A program made the translations under genes and the position numbers. DNA of 64,000 nt, taken from the NCBI GenBank assembly GCA_041660745.1, contig JBAZVT010000002.1, positions 15,210 through 79,209 of the forward strand, written 5' to 3'. The notes under the pieces are model-generated. The model was not told where the DNA came from, searched no databases, and saw only the letters and a program-made list of their open reading frames with translations. Source of the stretch: Minisyncoccota bacterium. GTDB lineage: Bacteria > Patescibacteriota > Minisyncoccia > Phycocordibacterales > JBAZVT01. This document shows positions 19,175 to 28,689 of the stretch, in pieces; position 1 is the first letter of the stretch, and each line of letters begins with the position of its first letter.

Positions 19175-19396
19175 ATGTCTGAAACAATCAAGAACGGCGC
19201 AGCTGCAATTTTTATCACCTCTACGGTGGTTCTTACGTTTGTATCAATTTTGGGTGTGTGGGAAGTGCTTGGTAGTGATGTTATTGGCAAATCACTCGCA
19301 ACAGGAGGGATTGTATTGTTCTCATGTATTGCATCGATAATCGCATCAAGTATCGTGGAACAAAAAGCACAAGAAACCGCTACTAATATTCAATAA
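19175..19396 (+). CDS. small membrane protein (2 TM)
   Basis: Paralogous to next gene (VWEVLGSDVIGKSL vs IWGAFDRDVVGKSF). Confidence 0.5.
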   Translation: MSETIKNGAAAIFITSTVVLTFVSILGVWEVLGSDVIGKSLATGGIVLFSCIASIIASSIVEQKAQETATNIQ

Positions 19397-19401
19397 TATC
19401 T

Positions 19402-19740
19402 ATGAAACCTGAAACATACCATTCTCTCAAAAAATCAGCTGTAATTATTTTTATTGCGTGTATAGTTATATTTGCAATCGTTACTATTGTTGCAATTTGG
19501 GGTGCATTTGATCGTGATGTTGTCGGAAAATCATTCTATTCTCTCCTCGTCATTTCAGCAGGACTTTTCTTTGTTGTGGGTGCGGGGTACGTGCGTATTG
19601 CTCTTGATGTAAAACCGGTCCTTTCTATTGCCGGTAAAACAACTGGTATGCCTACGAGTTTGAAAGTAATTTTGTGGATAGTGGGGATTATATTTCTCGT
19701 GCCAATGTTTTTCCAGATTCTTGGTAGGATGATGTATTAA
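19402..19740 (+). CDS. small membrane protein, paralog of 19175-19396
   Basis: 3-4 TM helices, shared motif. Confidence 0.5.
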   Translation: MKPETYHSLKKSAVIIFIACIVIFAIVTIVAIWGAFDRDVVGKSFYSLLVISAGLFFVVGAGYVRIALDVKPVLSIAGKTTGMPTSLKVILWIVGIIFLVPMFFQILGRMMY

Positions 19741-19759
19741 TTATTTTATGTGGAAGAAG

Positions 19760-19789
19760 AAAAAATCCCCCTTATCCGGGGGATTTTTT
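19760..19789. terminator. Rho-independent terminator
   Basis: aaaaaatccccc-ttatcc-gggggatttttt. Confidence 0.8.
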
Positions 19790-20125
19790 CTTGACTAAAT
19801 TTTTGATGTAAGTAGACTGTGCATAGATTGCATGAAATAGACGACCACACTACGTGCATGCTTACTGATTGTGGTCCGTTCGCTGTCATAATGCCAATAT
19901 GAAAAAGCGGGCGATTTGAACCGATTCACAAAATGGTTTACAGATTCCGGATTTGTAGACAGGTAACACCACCACATCATCGGTTCTTTCATATCACGGG
20001 CTGTTAGTTGCTGAAGAGAATGAGGTATGGATAGGGCAGATAATGATCAACTGCTTCTGTCTACATACTGAAAACAAAGCGACTGGCAGCTTTTTTTATA
20101 CCTAAATTTCTGCTATTCTAACAAT

Positions 20126-21013
20126 ATGGATAAACTAGAAGAAGCACGACATAAAATACAGGCGATTGAGGACAGAATGGCAGATCCTTCTTTTTGGACC
20201 AGTAGGGATGTCGCTCAGGCAACAATTAAAGAGCTTGGGGAACTGAAGGCTTTTGTTGCTGGTGGTGGTAGGGGGAAATATGATGGTGGTAATGCAATCG
20301 TTACTATTTTTTCTGGTGCCGGTGGCGACGACGCAGAAGATTTTTCTCGCATTTTACTTGAGATGTATATGAAGTATGTTGATCATAAAAAGTGGTCAAT
20401 GAATTTTATCCACCAGAATGAAAATGATCACGGTGGGTATCGCAATGTTACCTTTGAAATAAAAGGTGCTGGTGCATATGGGATGCTAAAAAATGAATCC
20501 GGCGTGCATCGTCTCGTCCGCATTTCTCCATTTAACGCCAAGAAACTCCGCCACACATCTTTTTCTCTTGTGGAGGTTATCCCAGAATTTGAAAAAACAA
20601 CTGATTTAGAAATTCCCGATAAAGATTTGAAAGTTGAATTCTCTCGATCAGGTGGCCCGGGTGGGCAAAATGTGAACAAACGAGAAACCGCAGTTCGTAT
20701 TGTGCATATTCCGACCAATCTTTCTGCACACGCAACATCAGAACGTTCTCAGGCTCAGAACAAGGATAAAGCTCTTGCTATTCTGAAAGGTAAAATTTAT
20801 AAACGCTTGGAAGAGGAGCGTGTGGCGAAAGAGAAAGGGTCTTTTATTAGTAAGACAACTGATATTGAATGGGGAAGTCAGATTCGCTCATATGTTTTTC
20901 ATCCATACAAAATGGTGAAAGACCACAGAACAGATGTTGAAACTGCAAACGTTGAGGCTGTTTTAAACGGCGAAATCGAGGAATTTATTGCAGCAGAACA
21001 AAATTTAAATTAA
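20126..21013 (+). CDS. prfB: peptide chain release factor 2 (short N-terminus, no +1 frameshift site)
   Basis: SPF motif (RISPFNAKKLRHTSF), GGQ (GGPGGQNVNK); 295 aa; no CTT TGA C frameshift motif upstream. Confidence 0.8.
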   Translation: MDKLEEARHKIQAIEDRMADPSFWTSRDVAQATIKELGELKAFVAGGGRGKYDGGNAIVTIFSGAGGDDAEDFSRILLEMYMKYVDHKKWSMNFIHQNENDHGGYRNVTFEIKGAGAYGMLKNESGVHRLVRISPFNAKKLRHTSFSLVEVIPEFEKTTDLEIPDKDLKVEFSRSGGPGGQNVNKRETAVRIVHIPTNLSAHATSERSQAQNKDKALAILKGKIYKRLEEERVAKEKGSFISKTTDIEWGSQIRSYVFHPYKMVKDHRTDVETANVEAVLNGEIEEFIAAEQNLN

Positions 21014-21071
21014 CTATCGCACAGGAGTGCGCCGTGATATAATATTCATACAGTTTTCAGGTTGACCTTCA

Positions 21072-21791
21072 TTGTCGTATGTAATACTAACAGTTAACAC
21101 TCCCATGCCCATGATATATTTTGATAAAGTAACAAAAATTTATCCTGATAATTCCGTCGCTTTGGAAGAAGTGACTTTTGCGATTGAGCCAAAAGAGTTT
21201 CTTACAGTTGTGGGGCATTCTGGCGCAGGGAAAACTACACTCATAAAGATGCTTCTTGCAGAAGAAAAGCCAACTAAAGGCGCTGTATTTTTCGAATCAA
21301 AAAATATCCACAAGTTGAAGAAAAAGGAAATTAACATGGTCCGTCGTCAGATTGGCGCTGTGTTTCAGGATTTTCGACTTTTGCCAAATAAAACTGTTTT
21401 TGAAAATATTGCTTTTGCGATGGAAGCGGCTGGCAGGACCGATGAAGAAATACAATCAGATGTTCCACATGTCTTGGAACTTGTAGATTTGGGTAATAAG
21501 ATTTGGAATTTCCCACATCAGTTATCTGGGGGTGAGAAACAAAGAGTGGCTATTGCACGTGCGATTGTCAATCAACCAGATATTTTGATTGCCGATGAAC
21601 CAACGGGAAATCTTGACCCAATTAATACCTTTGATATTGTTCAGATTTTTAAAAAAATAAACGAACTTGGTACGACAGTAATCCTCACTACACACAACAA
21701 AGGCGTCGTGGATTCTGTGGGGGGTAGGGTTATTACAATGGAAAATGGCAAAATAATACGTGACGATAAGAGCGGTAACTATGTTTTATAA
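21072..21791 (+). CDS. ftsE: cell division ABC ATPase FtsE
   Basis: Walker A GHSGAGKTT, LSGGEKQR signature, DEPTGNLD; alternative starts 21105/21111. Confidence 0.85.
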   Translation: MSYVILTVNTPMPMIYFDKVTKIYPDNSVALEEVTFAIEPKEFLTVVGHSGAGKTTLIKMLLAEEKPTKGAVFFESKNIHKLKKKEINMVRRQIGAVFQDFRLLPNKTVFENIAFAMEAAGRTDEEIQSDVPHVLELVDLGNKIWNFPHQLSGGEKQRVAIARAIVNQPDILIADEPTGNLDPINTFDIVQIFKKINELGTTVILTTHNKGVVDSVGGRVITMENGKIIRDDKSGNYVL

Positions 21792-21800
21792 TCAATCACT

Positions 21801-22727
21801 ATGTTAATCACAAAAATCAAACGAGTTGTACGGTCGGGATTTAATAGTTTTTGGAGAAATGGCTTTGTGTCTTTTGTTTCGGTTTTTGTGATGGTGGTTA
21901 CTCTTTTTGTAATTGCAGGCGTTGTCTTTTCTGGAGCGCTATTAAATTCCTCACTAGAACAGATTAGAAATAAAGTGGATATTAATGTGTATTTTGTTAC
22001 GAGTGCGGAAGAAGAAGACATTCTTGCATTCAAGAAGACTATAGATGTACTACCCCAGGTTCAGAGTTCAGAATATGTGGCAAAGGATAAGGCATTGGAT
22101 ATTTTTAAAGAAAGACATGGCAGTGATCAATCGATTCTTCAGGCGCTTGAAGAGCTTGGTGAAAATCCACTTCGTGCTCTTCTCACCATTAAAGCAAAGG
22201 ATCCTTCTCAATATGACAGCATTGCAAAATTTCTTCAAAGCGATGCTACTTTGTCACAGTCTGGTAGCAATATAGTAGACACAACAAACTATCCTGAAAA
22301 TCAGGTTGCTATCGAGAGACTTGCGAAGATAGTCAGTGCTGCGGACAAGCTTGGTTTTGCGCTCACACTTATTTTTGTAATATTATCTATTCTTGTCACG
22401 TTTAGCACTATCCAGCTTGTTATCCATTCAGCCAAGGACGAGATTGCTGTTATGCGGCTTATGGGGGCAAGTTCTAAGTATATTCGTGGTCCGTTTGTTG
22501 TTGGGGGAATTATGTATGGTTTAATCGCCGGAATTCTTACGCTCGGTCTGTTGTATCCAATAACATTATACGTTGGACCGTTCACAGAAGACTTCTTTGT
22601 CGGTATTAATTTGTTTACATACTTTATGGCTAACTTTTGGCAGCTTTGTCTCATTGTTCTGGGTTCGGGTGTAATTATCGGTTCAATATCAAGTTACATG
22701 GCGGTAAGAAAACATTTGAAAGTGTAA
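21801..22727 (+). CDS. ftsX: cell division permease FtsX
   Basis: Typical FtsX N-term (RSGFNSFWRNGFVSFVSV), 4 TM, follows ftsE. Confidence 0.85.
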   Translation: MLITKIKRVVRSGFNSFWRNGFVSFVSVFVMVVTLFVIAGVVFSGALLNSSLEQIRNKVDINVYFVTSAEEEDILAFKKTIDVLPQVQSSEYVAKDKALDIFKERHGSDQSILQALEELGENPLRALLTIKAKDPSQYDSIAKFLQSDATLSQSGSNIVDTTNYPENQVAIERLAKIVSAADKLGFALTLIFVILSILVTFSTIQLVIHSAKDEIAVMRLMGASSKYIRGPFVVGGIMYGLIAGILTLGLLYPITLYVGPFTEDFFVGINLFTYFMANFWQLCLIVLGSGVIIGSISSYMAVRKHLKV

Positions 22728-22751
22728 GAATTTAATAAAAAGTAGCATGTC

Positions 22752-22801
22752 AAAGAAAGAAAAGAAGCTCTGCCTGTAGGCGGGGCTTCTTTTCTTTCTT
22801 T
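22752..22801. terminator. Rho-independent terminator (long stem)
   Basis: aaagaaagaaaagaagc…gcttcttttctttcttt. Confidence 0.75.
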
Positions 22802-22901
22802 GTGTCCTGTGTTCGGATGAGTTTTTCATGTGGACACTCATGTAAAAGGGTATATAATTTGTTAGTACAAGTTAGCAACTTATTAGTTCGCTCTAAAAAT
22901 A

Positions 22902-24551
22902 ATGGTCAAGAAAAATCACAAGTATATTTTCGTGGTTGGTGGTGTTATGTCTGGTGTTGGCAAGGGTATAGCTTCTTCTTCTATTGGAGCCATTTTGAAA
23001 GCTCGTGGTTTTGTGGTCACAGCCATTAAAATTGATCCATACATCAACGTGGATGCGGGTACAATGAACCCTACAGAACATGGTGAAGTGTTTGTGTTGG
23101 CTGATGGTGATGAATGCGATCAGGATATGGGAAATTACGAGCGTTTCCTCAATATCACGCTCTCAAGGTCAAATTACATGACCACCGGACGTGTGTATCA
23201 GGAGGTGATTCGTCAGGAGAGAAATCTAGAGTTTAAAGGCAAGAATGTGGAGGTTGTTCCCGATATTCCTCTAGAAGTTATTCGTCGTATCAAAAAAGCT
23301 TCTGATGAAGCGCAGTCAGATATTACAATTATAGAAATTGGTGGAACTATTGGAGAATATCAAAACATCATTTTTCTTGAAGCCGCTCGTATGTTGAGGA
23401 TAGAAAACCCAGACGATGTTGCAATTGTGATGGTGAGTTATCTTCCTATACCATCGAAGATTGGAGAAATGAAAACCAAGCCGACACAGTATGCCGCTCG
23501 TACACTGAACGGTGTTGGACTTCAGGCTGATGTTATTATTGCACGTAGTCAGGTACCACTTGATCAGAAGCGAAAAGATAAGATTGCTATGTTCTGTAAT
23601 ATAAAGGCAGATCATGTTATCTCTGCACCGGACGCAGAAAGTATTTATGATATCCCTGTTAATTTTGAGCGTGATCACCTCGGTTCTATATTGTCTAACA
23701 TTTTGAAATTACCGAATGGTTTTCCAACAGATTTTTCTAAATGGAAAGCTTTTATTAGAAAGTCTAAGAACACAAAGAAAGAAGTTAAAATCGGTGTTGT
23801 GGGAAAATATTTTGACTCAGGGGACTTTGTCCTTTCGGATGTATACATATCTGTTCTTGAGGCATTAAAAATATCTGCTTATTCTGTCGGTGCAAAACCA
23901 AAAATATCGTGTATTAGTTCAAAAAAGTTTGAGGGTGCTGCCGGGAAAAAGAAGCTTGCGGAACTTGCTGGGTATGATGGTATTATCGTCCCTGGCGGTT
24001 TTGGTTCAACGGGTATAGAAGGTATTATCAATACCATACAATATTGTCGAGAGAAGAAGATTCCGTATTTTGGTCTTTGTTATGGTATGCAGCTTGCCGT
24101 TATAGAATATTCACGAAATGTTGTGGGTTGGAAAGATGCTCATACTGCCGAGATTAATCCCGCATCAAAACATGTGGTGATTGATATTATGCCAGAACAG
24201 AAAAAGATTATTGCAGAAGGCAATTACGGAGCCACAATGCGTCTCGGAGAATATCCAGCTGTTTTAAAGAAAGGATCAATTGCAGAAAAAGCATACAAAG
24301 CAACTGAGATTTCAGAACGACACCGTCATCGTTATGAAGTGAACCCTGTCTTTATCCCAGAAATAGAGAAGGCGGGTTTAGTATTTTCTGGTAGATCGCC
24401 AAGCGGTGTTCTTATGGAGGTTGCAGAACTTCCACGAGACATACATCCATTCTTTCTTGGTACCCAGTATCATCCGGAATTCAAAGCTCATCCGCTCAAC
24501 CCACATCCATTGTTTACGGAGTTCATAAAAGCAAGTTTAAAGAATAAATAA
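22902..24551 (+). CDS. pyrG: CTP synthase
   Basis: MVKKNHKYIFVVGGVMSGVGKGIASSS…; C-terminal glutamine amidotransferase (GLCYGMQ). Confidence 0.9.
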   Translation: MVKKNHKYIFVVGGVMSGVGKGIASSSIGAILKARGFVVTAIKIDPYINVDAGTMNPTEHGEVFVLADGDECDQDMGNYERFLNITLSRSNYMTTGRVYQEVIRQERNLEFKGKNVEVVPDIPLEVIRRIKKASDEAQSDITIIEIGGTIGEYQNIIFLEAARMLRIENPDDVAIVMVSYLPIPSKIGEMKTKPTQYAARTLNGVGLQADVIIARSQVPLDQKRKDKIAMFCNIKADHVISAPDAESIYDIPVNFERDHLGSILSNILKLPNGFPTDFSKWKAFIRKSKNTKKEVKIGVVGKYFDSGDFVLSDVYISVLEALKISAYSVGAKPKISCISSKKFEGAAGKKKLAELAGYDGIIVPGGFGSTGIEGIINTIQYCREKKIPYFGLCYGMQLAVIEYSRNVVGWKDAHTAEINPASKHVVIDIMPEQKKIIAEGNYGATMRLGEYPAVLKKGSIAEKAYKATEISERHRHRYEVNPVFIPEIEKAGLVFSGRSPSGVLMEVAELPRDIHPFFLGTQYHPEFKAHPLNPHPLFTEFIKASLKNK

Positions 24552-24632
24552 TTAAAAAATTCAGAAGACACCTCAGGAATGGGGTGTTTTTTGTATCTTA
24601 TTAGTCTTAGATTAGATATACTTACACATAGT

Positions 24633-25502
24633 ATGGAAGGAATATTATTGGCATTTGGAGCGATGTTGTGTTGGGGGATGGGAGATTTTTTCATTCAACG
24701 AACCACACGAAAACTTGGCGACTGGGAGGCGCTTTTCTTTATTTCAATCATTGGATTTTTTGTCGTGCTTCCGTTTGTGGTAAATGATATGCGTAGTATA
24801 GTTTCTGAGATTTCTGTGCGGGATCTGCCTGTTCTTGCTATTGCATGTGTGGCAATACTCATTGCTGCTATTTTTAATTTTGAGACCCTTAAGAAGGGGA
24901 AACTTGCAATTGTAGAACCTATTCAGTCTCTTGAAATTCCTACAGCGGGCATTCTTGCCTTTTTCTTTTTGCAAGAAACAATTTCTTTTCCGCAGTTTAC
25001 TTTTGTTGCTTTGCTCATGGTTGGGTTGATACTTGTTTCTTTTAAGGGTGGAACATTTTCTAAGAAATTGCTACTTGAAAAAGGCGTGCGCATCGGTATT
25101 ATATCGGCGATTATTATGGGAGCCGCAAATTTCTTTATTGGATGGGGAGCTCGCATTTCAAATCCATTAATTATCAATTTAATTACAGATGCTTTTATGG
25201 TTATCGGTTCTGGGATCTATCTAATATTTTCAGGTAAAGTTTCCTCTTTAGCACAAGATTTCCGAAATAATTTTAGTTTGCTCATTGCTATGGGTCTCGC
25301 AGATAAAATGGCATGGGTGGCTTTTGCCTTTGCGATGGTTCTATCACCTATGGCTGTTGCTGGTGCAATTTCTGAAAGTTATATATTGATTGCTATTGTC
25401 TTGGGTGTGGTTATTAACAAAGAAAAAATACGCCCCCATCAGGCGATTGGACTTGTCTGTGCTGTGGCAGCTGCAATAATTCTAGCGGCTACTATTGCAT
25501 AA
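24633..25502 (+). CDS. EamA/DMT-family transporter
   Basis: ~10 TM helices, two EamA-like halves; start at ATG 24633. Confidence 0.6.
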   Translation: MEGILLAFGAMLCWGMGDFFIQRTTRKLGDWEALFFISIIGFFVVLPFVVNDMRSIVSEISVRDLPVLAIACVAILIAAIFNFETLKKGKLAIVEPIQSLEIPTAGILAFFFLQETISFPQFTFVALLMVGLILVSFKGGTFSKKLLLEKGVRIGIISAIIMGAANFFIGWGARISNPLIINLITDAFMVIGSGIYLIFSGKVSSLAQDFRNNFSLLIAMGLADKMAWVAFAFAMVLSPMAVAGAISESYILIAIVLGVVINKEKIRPHQAIGLVCAVAAAIILAATIA

Positions 25503-25543
25503 GTTTGTGGTCTGCGGAGATAGAAATAGGGAATTTTTTATAA

Positions 25544-25951
25544 TTATTTTTTCTTTTTTTCCTCAAACTCCAAGCATGTAGAATTTACACAATATCTTTT
25601 TCCACCCAGTGTTGGTCCGTCATTAAAAATATGTCCTAGATGTGATCCACAAAACGCGCAGGATACTTCTATTCGTTCCATACCATTTGAAGCATCCCTT
25701 GTGTATCTCACAGCTCCTTGGATTGCTTGGCTGAAGCTTGGCCAACCAGTGCCAGAATCAAATTTTACATCAGAAGTAAAAAGGGGACTACCACACGCAC
25801 TACAGGCATACATCCCATCTCGTTTTTCGGTAAGGAGTTTACCGGTAAAAGGTTTTTCAGTACCTTTTTCACGCATGATGGCATACTGTTCTGGTGTCAG
25901 TACATGTTTCCATCCACGTTCTCTTTTGGGTATATCATTATGTTTTTTCAT
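25544..25951 (-). CDS. msrB: peptide-methionine (R)-S-oxide reductase
   Basis: Two CxxC pairs (YACSACGS…, SCAFCGSHLGHIFNDGP). Confidence 0.85.
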   Translation of the reverse strand: MKKHNDIPKRERGWKHVLTPEQYAIMREKGTEKPFTGKLLTEKRDGMYACSACGSPLFTSDVKFDSGTGWPSFSQAIQGAVRYTRDASNGMERIEVSCAFCGSHLGHIFNDGPTLGGKRYCVNSTCLEFEEKKKK

Positions 25952-26481
25952 TGTAATAATTTTGCAAATTTTTTCTGTATTTTTTCAAGTTTTGGATTTA
26001 TCACAATCTGACAATATGCTGATTCGGGATGTTTAAGAAAATATTCTTTATGTTCTGCTTCTGCTTCGTAAAACATTGTTAACGGTTTGATTTCGGTAAT
26101 TATCTTGTCCAAATTTGGGGTTTCTTTTTGAAGTTTGTGTGTGTATTTTTCAGCCTCCTTCCTTTGCTGGTCCAACGTATAATAAATAACAGAACGATAC
26201 TGAGTTCCCACGTCATTGCCTTGACGGTTAAGAGTTGTCGGATCGTGTGATGCAAAAAATACTGTCAGTAGATTACGAAAAGATATTTTCTGTGGATCGT
26301 ATTCTACCCGAACAACTTCTGCATGACCTGTATTTCCAGTGCAGACGTTTTCATAAACTGGAAAGGCTGTGGTGCCTCCGGCATATCCAGGTGTGATAGA
26401 TATAACACCTGGAACAATTTTGAAAACTGCTTCAATGCACCAGAAGCAACCTCCTCCTAAAATAACTGTTTCTGTTTTCAT
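25948..26481 (-). CDS. msrA: peptide-methionine (S)-S-oxide reductase
   Basis: GGGCFWCIEAVF active-site motif; ATGA overlap with msrB. Confidence 0.85.
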   Translation of the reverse strand: MKTETVILGGGCFWCIEAVFKIVPGVISITPGYAGGTTAFPVYENVCTGNTGHAEVVRVEYDPQKISFRNLLTVFFASHDPTTLNRQGNDVGTQYRSVIYYTLDQQRKEAEKYTHKLQKETPNLDKIITEIKPLTMFYEAEAEHKEYFLKHPESAYCQIVINPKLEKIQKKFAKLLQ

Positions 26482-26635
26482 GAACATAATATTGTGCTTT
26501 GCATATGAAACTTTGATGTGAGGGTTGAACAGGAAAAGCATTTTGACATTAAGAAATGCTAAATGTCATCTATCTGTGTTACACTGACTTTGGATTCAAA
26601 CACAACAAAAATAACCCCCTGAAAGGAGGGATACC

Positions 26636-27745
26636 GTGAGTACATTGCCAAGATTGAAGATTAAGAATTTCGAGATTGAGATACCTGTTTTTCAAGGTGG
26701 AATGGGTGTTGGAGTTTCTCTTGATCCACTTGCGGGGGCGGTTTCCTGGCGGGGTGGATTGGGAATAATTTCAAGTGCCGGTTTGCGGCATATTGTTTCC
26801 GCTCGTTGTGGAAAGGAATACGACACCTATAATGCTACGCGCGCCATGATACATTGGACCCAAATACTTGCAGGAGGCAAGCCCGTTGGTATCAATGTGA
26901 TGTGTGCTGTTGTTCGGGATTACGAGGACACCATCCGCGCTGCGATTGATGCTGGCGTAGATGCCATTATCTCTGGTGCGGGTGTGCCAATGAGCCTTCC
27001 TGAAATACAGAATCCTGGGAAGACTGCTCTTATCCCGATTGTTTCCTCGGCACGGTGTCTTGAACTTATCTGTCGCCGTTGGGCGAGGGTGGGATATCGT
27101 CCAGACGCAGTGGTACTGGAGGGTCCTCTTGCGGGAGGGCACTTGGGATTCAAATACGGTGAAATCGGGAAACTGGAACATCAGCTTGAACAGTTACTTC
27201 CTCAAGTTTTGGAGGCAGCTTCTCGGTACGGTGGGTTTCCTGTCATTGTGGCGGGTGGAATCTATACACATGAAGACATTGTCTCGTTCCTTTCACAAGG
27301 AGCGGCGGGTGTTCAAATGGGGACAAGATTCCTTGCGACTGAGGAGAGTTCTGCAACAATGGCATTCAAACAAGCTGTCGTTGCATCAACCAAGGCGGAC
27401 ATCAAGGTTCTTGCCCATCCACAAAATAGTCCGGCTTCTCCATGTGGTATGCCGTTTCGAGTTCTTACTACTTCGCCGGGGTTGCAAAAACTTCGTGCAG
27501 CTAAGTGCGATCTTGGTTTCTTGCTTAGACGTGATGCAGGTGGTCATCTCACTGCATGCCAGGCAAAGCCTGGGAATCCGCAGTCTGGTGAGTACTTGTG
27601 CATCTGCAATGCCCTTATGTCTGCGGCTGGGTATGTCCCGACCCAATTACCTGTGTATACAGTCGGCAGCAATGCTTGGCGTGTGAACAAGATTCTTTCG
27701 GTTAAGGATCTCATGGCAAGGTTGTGTGGAGATGTTCCTGAGTGA
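26636..27745 (+). CDS. nitronate monooxygenase / FabK-like FMN oxidoreductase (NMO family)
   Basis: IPVFQGGMGVGVS…VAGGIYTHEDI; GTG start with strong AAAGGAGGG SD; GC-rich relative to genome. Confidence 0.7.
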   Translation: MSTLPRLKIKNFEIEIPVFQGGMGVGVSLDPLAGAVSWRGGLGIISSAGLRHIVSARCGKEYDTYNATRAMIHWTQILAGGKPVGINVMCAVVRDYEDTIRAAIDAGVDAIISGAGVPMSLPEIQNPGKTALIPIVSSARCLELICRRWARVGYRPDAVVLEGPLAGGHLGFKYGEIGKLEHQLEQLLPQVLEAASRYGGFPVIVAGGIYTHEDIVSFLSQGAAGVQMGTRFLATEESSATMAFKQAVVASTKADIKVLAHPQNSPASPCGMPFRVLTTSPGLQKLRAAKCDLGFLLRRDAGGHLTACQAKPGNPQSGEYLCICNALMSAAGYVPTQLPVYTVGSNAWRVNKILSVKDLMARLCGDVPE

Positions 27746-27758
27746 TAGTGAAGCGAAA

Positions 27759-27796
27759 GCGACGGGTCTGCAGTAGCAGACCCGTCGCTATTTTTG
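27759..27796. terminator. Rho-independent terminator
   Basis: gcgacgggtctg-cagtag-cagacccgtcgc + TTTTT. Confidence 0.8.
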
Positions 27797-27800
27797 TATC

Positions 27801-27897
27801 TTGTCATCCTCGCGACAGCAGTAGTCGATACCACTCCCGGGTATCAGGTGCTCTAGCCACCCGCGAGCGGTGGACGACCCATTCGCGGGAATGACAG
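27801..27897. repeat. IR-flanked GC-rich element, copy A (MITE/REP-like)
   Basis: Termini ttgtcatcctcgcga … tcgcgggaatgacaga (imperfect TIR) shared with copy B at 40053-40220. Confidence 0.5.
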
Positions 27898-27932
27898 ACC
27901 TTTAGGGGCTACAAGGCTAAACCTCTGTATTT

Positions 27933-28679
27933 CTATAACTCAATCTTTGAGAATTGATACATGCCGACAAGTACCATGACGATGAGTACTCCGACAAGAA
28001 CACTAAAATTTGTTAATGATGAAAAATGTTGTACTCCTGATAGCGCACCCCGTAGTCCATCCACGCCATATGTGAGTGGGTTGGCGCGTGTAATGGCTGT
28101 TAGGAAGCCCGGAATGCCTGTGATAGGAAATAATGCCCCTGAGAGGTAGAAGAGGGGTTGAATCACAAAGTTGATGATGAGCGGGAATCCTTGCATGTCA
28201 TCCAGTCTCGCTGCGATTGCTACACCTACGGAAGAAAATATGAGTGCCATGAGAACCAAGAAAACAAATGCAAGTGGTAGGGTGTATATATTGTACACCC
28301 GGTATCCGACGAGGAAGGTGATAAAAAATACCAGTACTCCCTGGATAATTGCTACAGTTGCTCCCGCGAATATTTTGCCGATTAATATTTCAAAACGGGA
28401 GACGGGGGCAACAAAAGTTTCTTTTAAAAAACCAAATTGTTTGTCCCAAATAATTTCCACGCCAGTGAATATTGAAGTAAATAAAACTGTCATGGCAATG
28501 ATGCCTGGTGAAAGGAATTGTATGTAGTTGCCCTGTCCCGCACGTGCAAAAATGGGACTCAGTCCTAATCCAAACGCCACTAGGAAAATAAGGGGTTGAC
28601 CCAACGCGCCCACCAGACTCGCTTTTTTGCGGATAAATCTTTTGAGTTGTCTAAGCCATAAAATATAGATAGTTCTCAT
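27933..28679 (-). CDS. ABC-2 type transporter permease
   Basis: 6 TM, ABC-2 family N-term (WLRQLKRFIRKKASL). Confidence 0.75.
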   Translation of the reverse strand: MRTIYILWLRQLKRFIRKKASLVGALGQPLIFLVAFGLGLSPIFARAGQGNYIQFLSPGIIAMTVLFTSIFTGVEIIWDKQFGFLKETFVAPVSRFEILIGKIFAGATVAIIQGVLVFFITFLVGYRVYNIYTLPLAFVFLVLMALIFSSVGVAIAARLDDMQGFPLIINFVIQPLFYLSGALFPITGIPGFLTAITRANPLTYGVDGLRGALSGVQHFSSLTNFSVLVGVLIVMVLVGMYQFSKIEL

Positions 28680-28689
28680 GAGGTTTTTG

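Noticed and set aside
19795-19992. 65-aa minus-strand ORF upstream of prfB
   Set aside because: No RBS, odd composition, sits in likely regulatory/noncoding spacer.
20000-20130. Looked for the canonical RF2 +1 frameshift site (CTT TGA C) upstream/within prfB
   Set aside because: Motif absent; ORF is continuous from ATG 20126, so no frameshift feature called.
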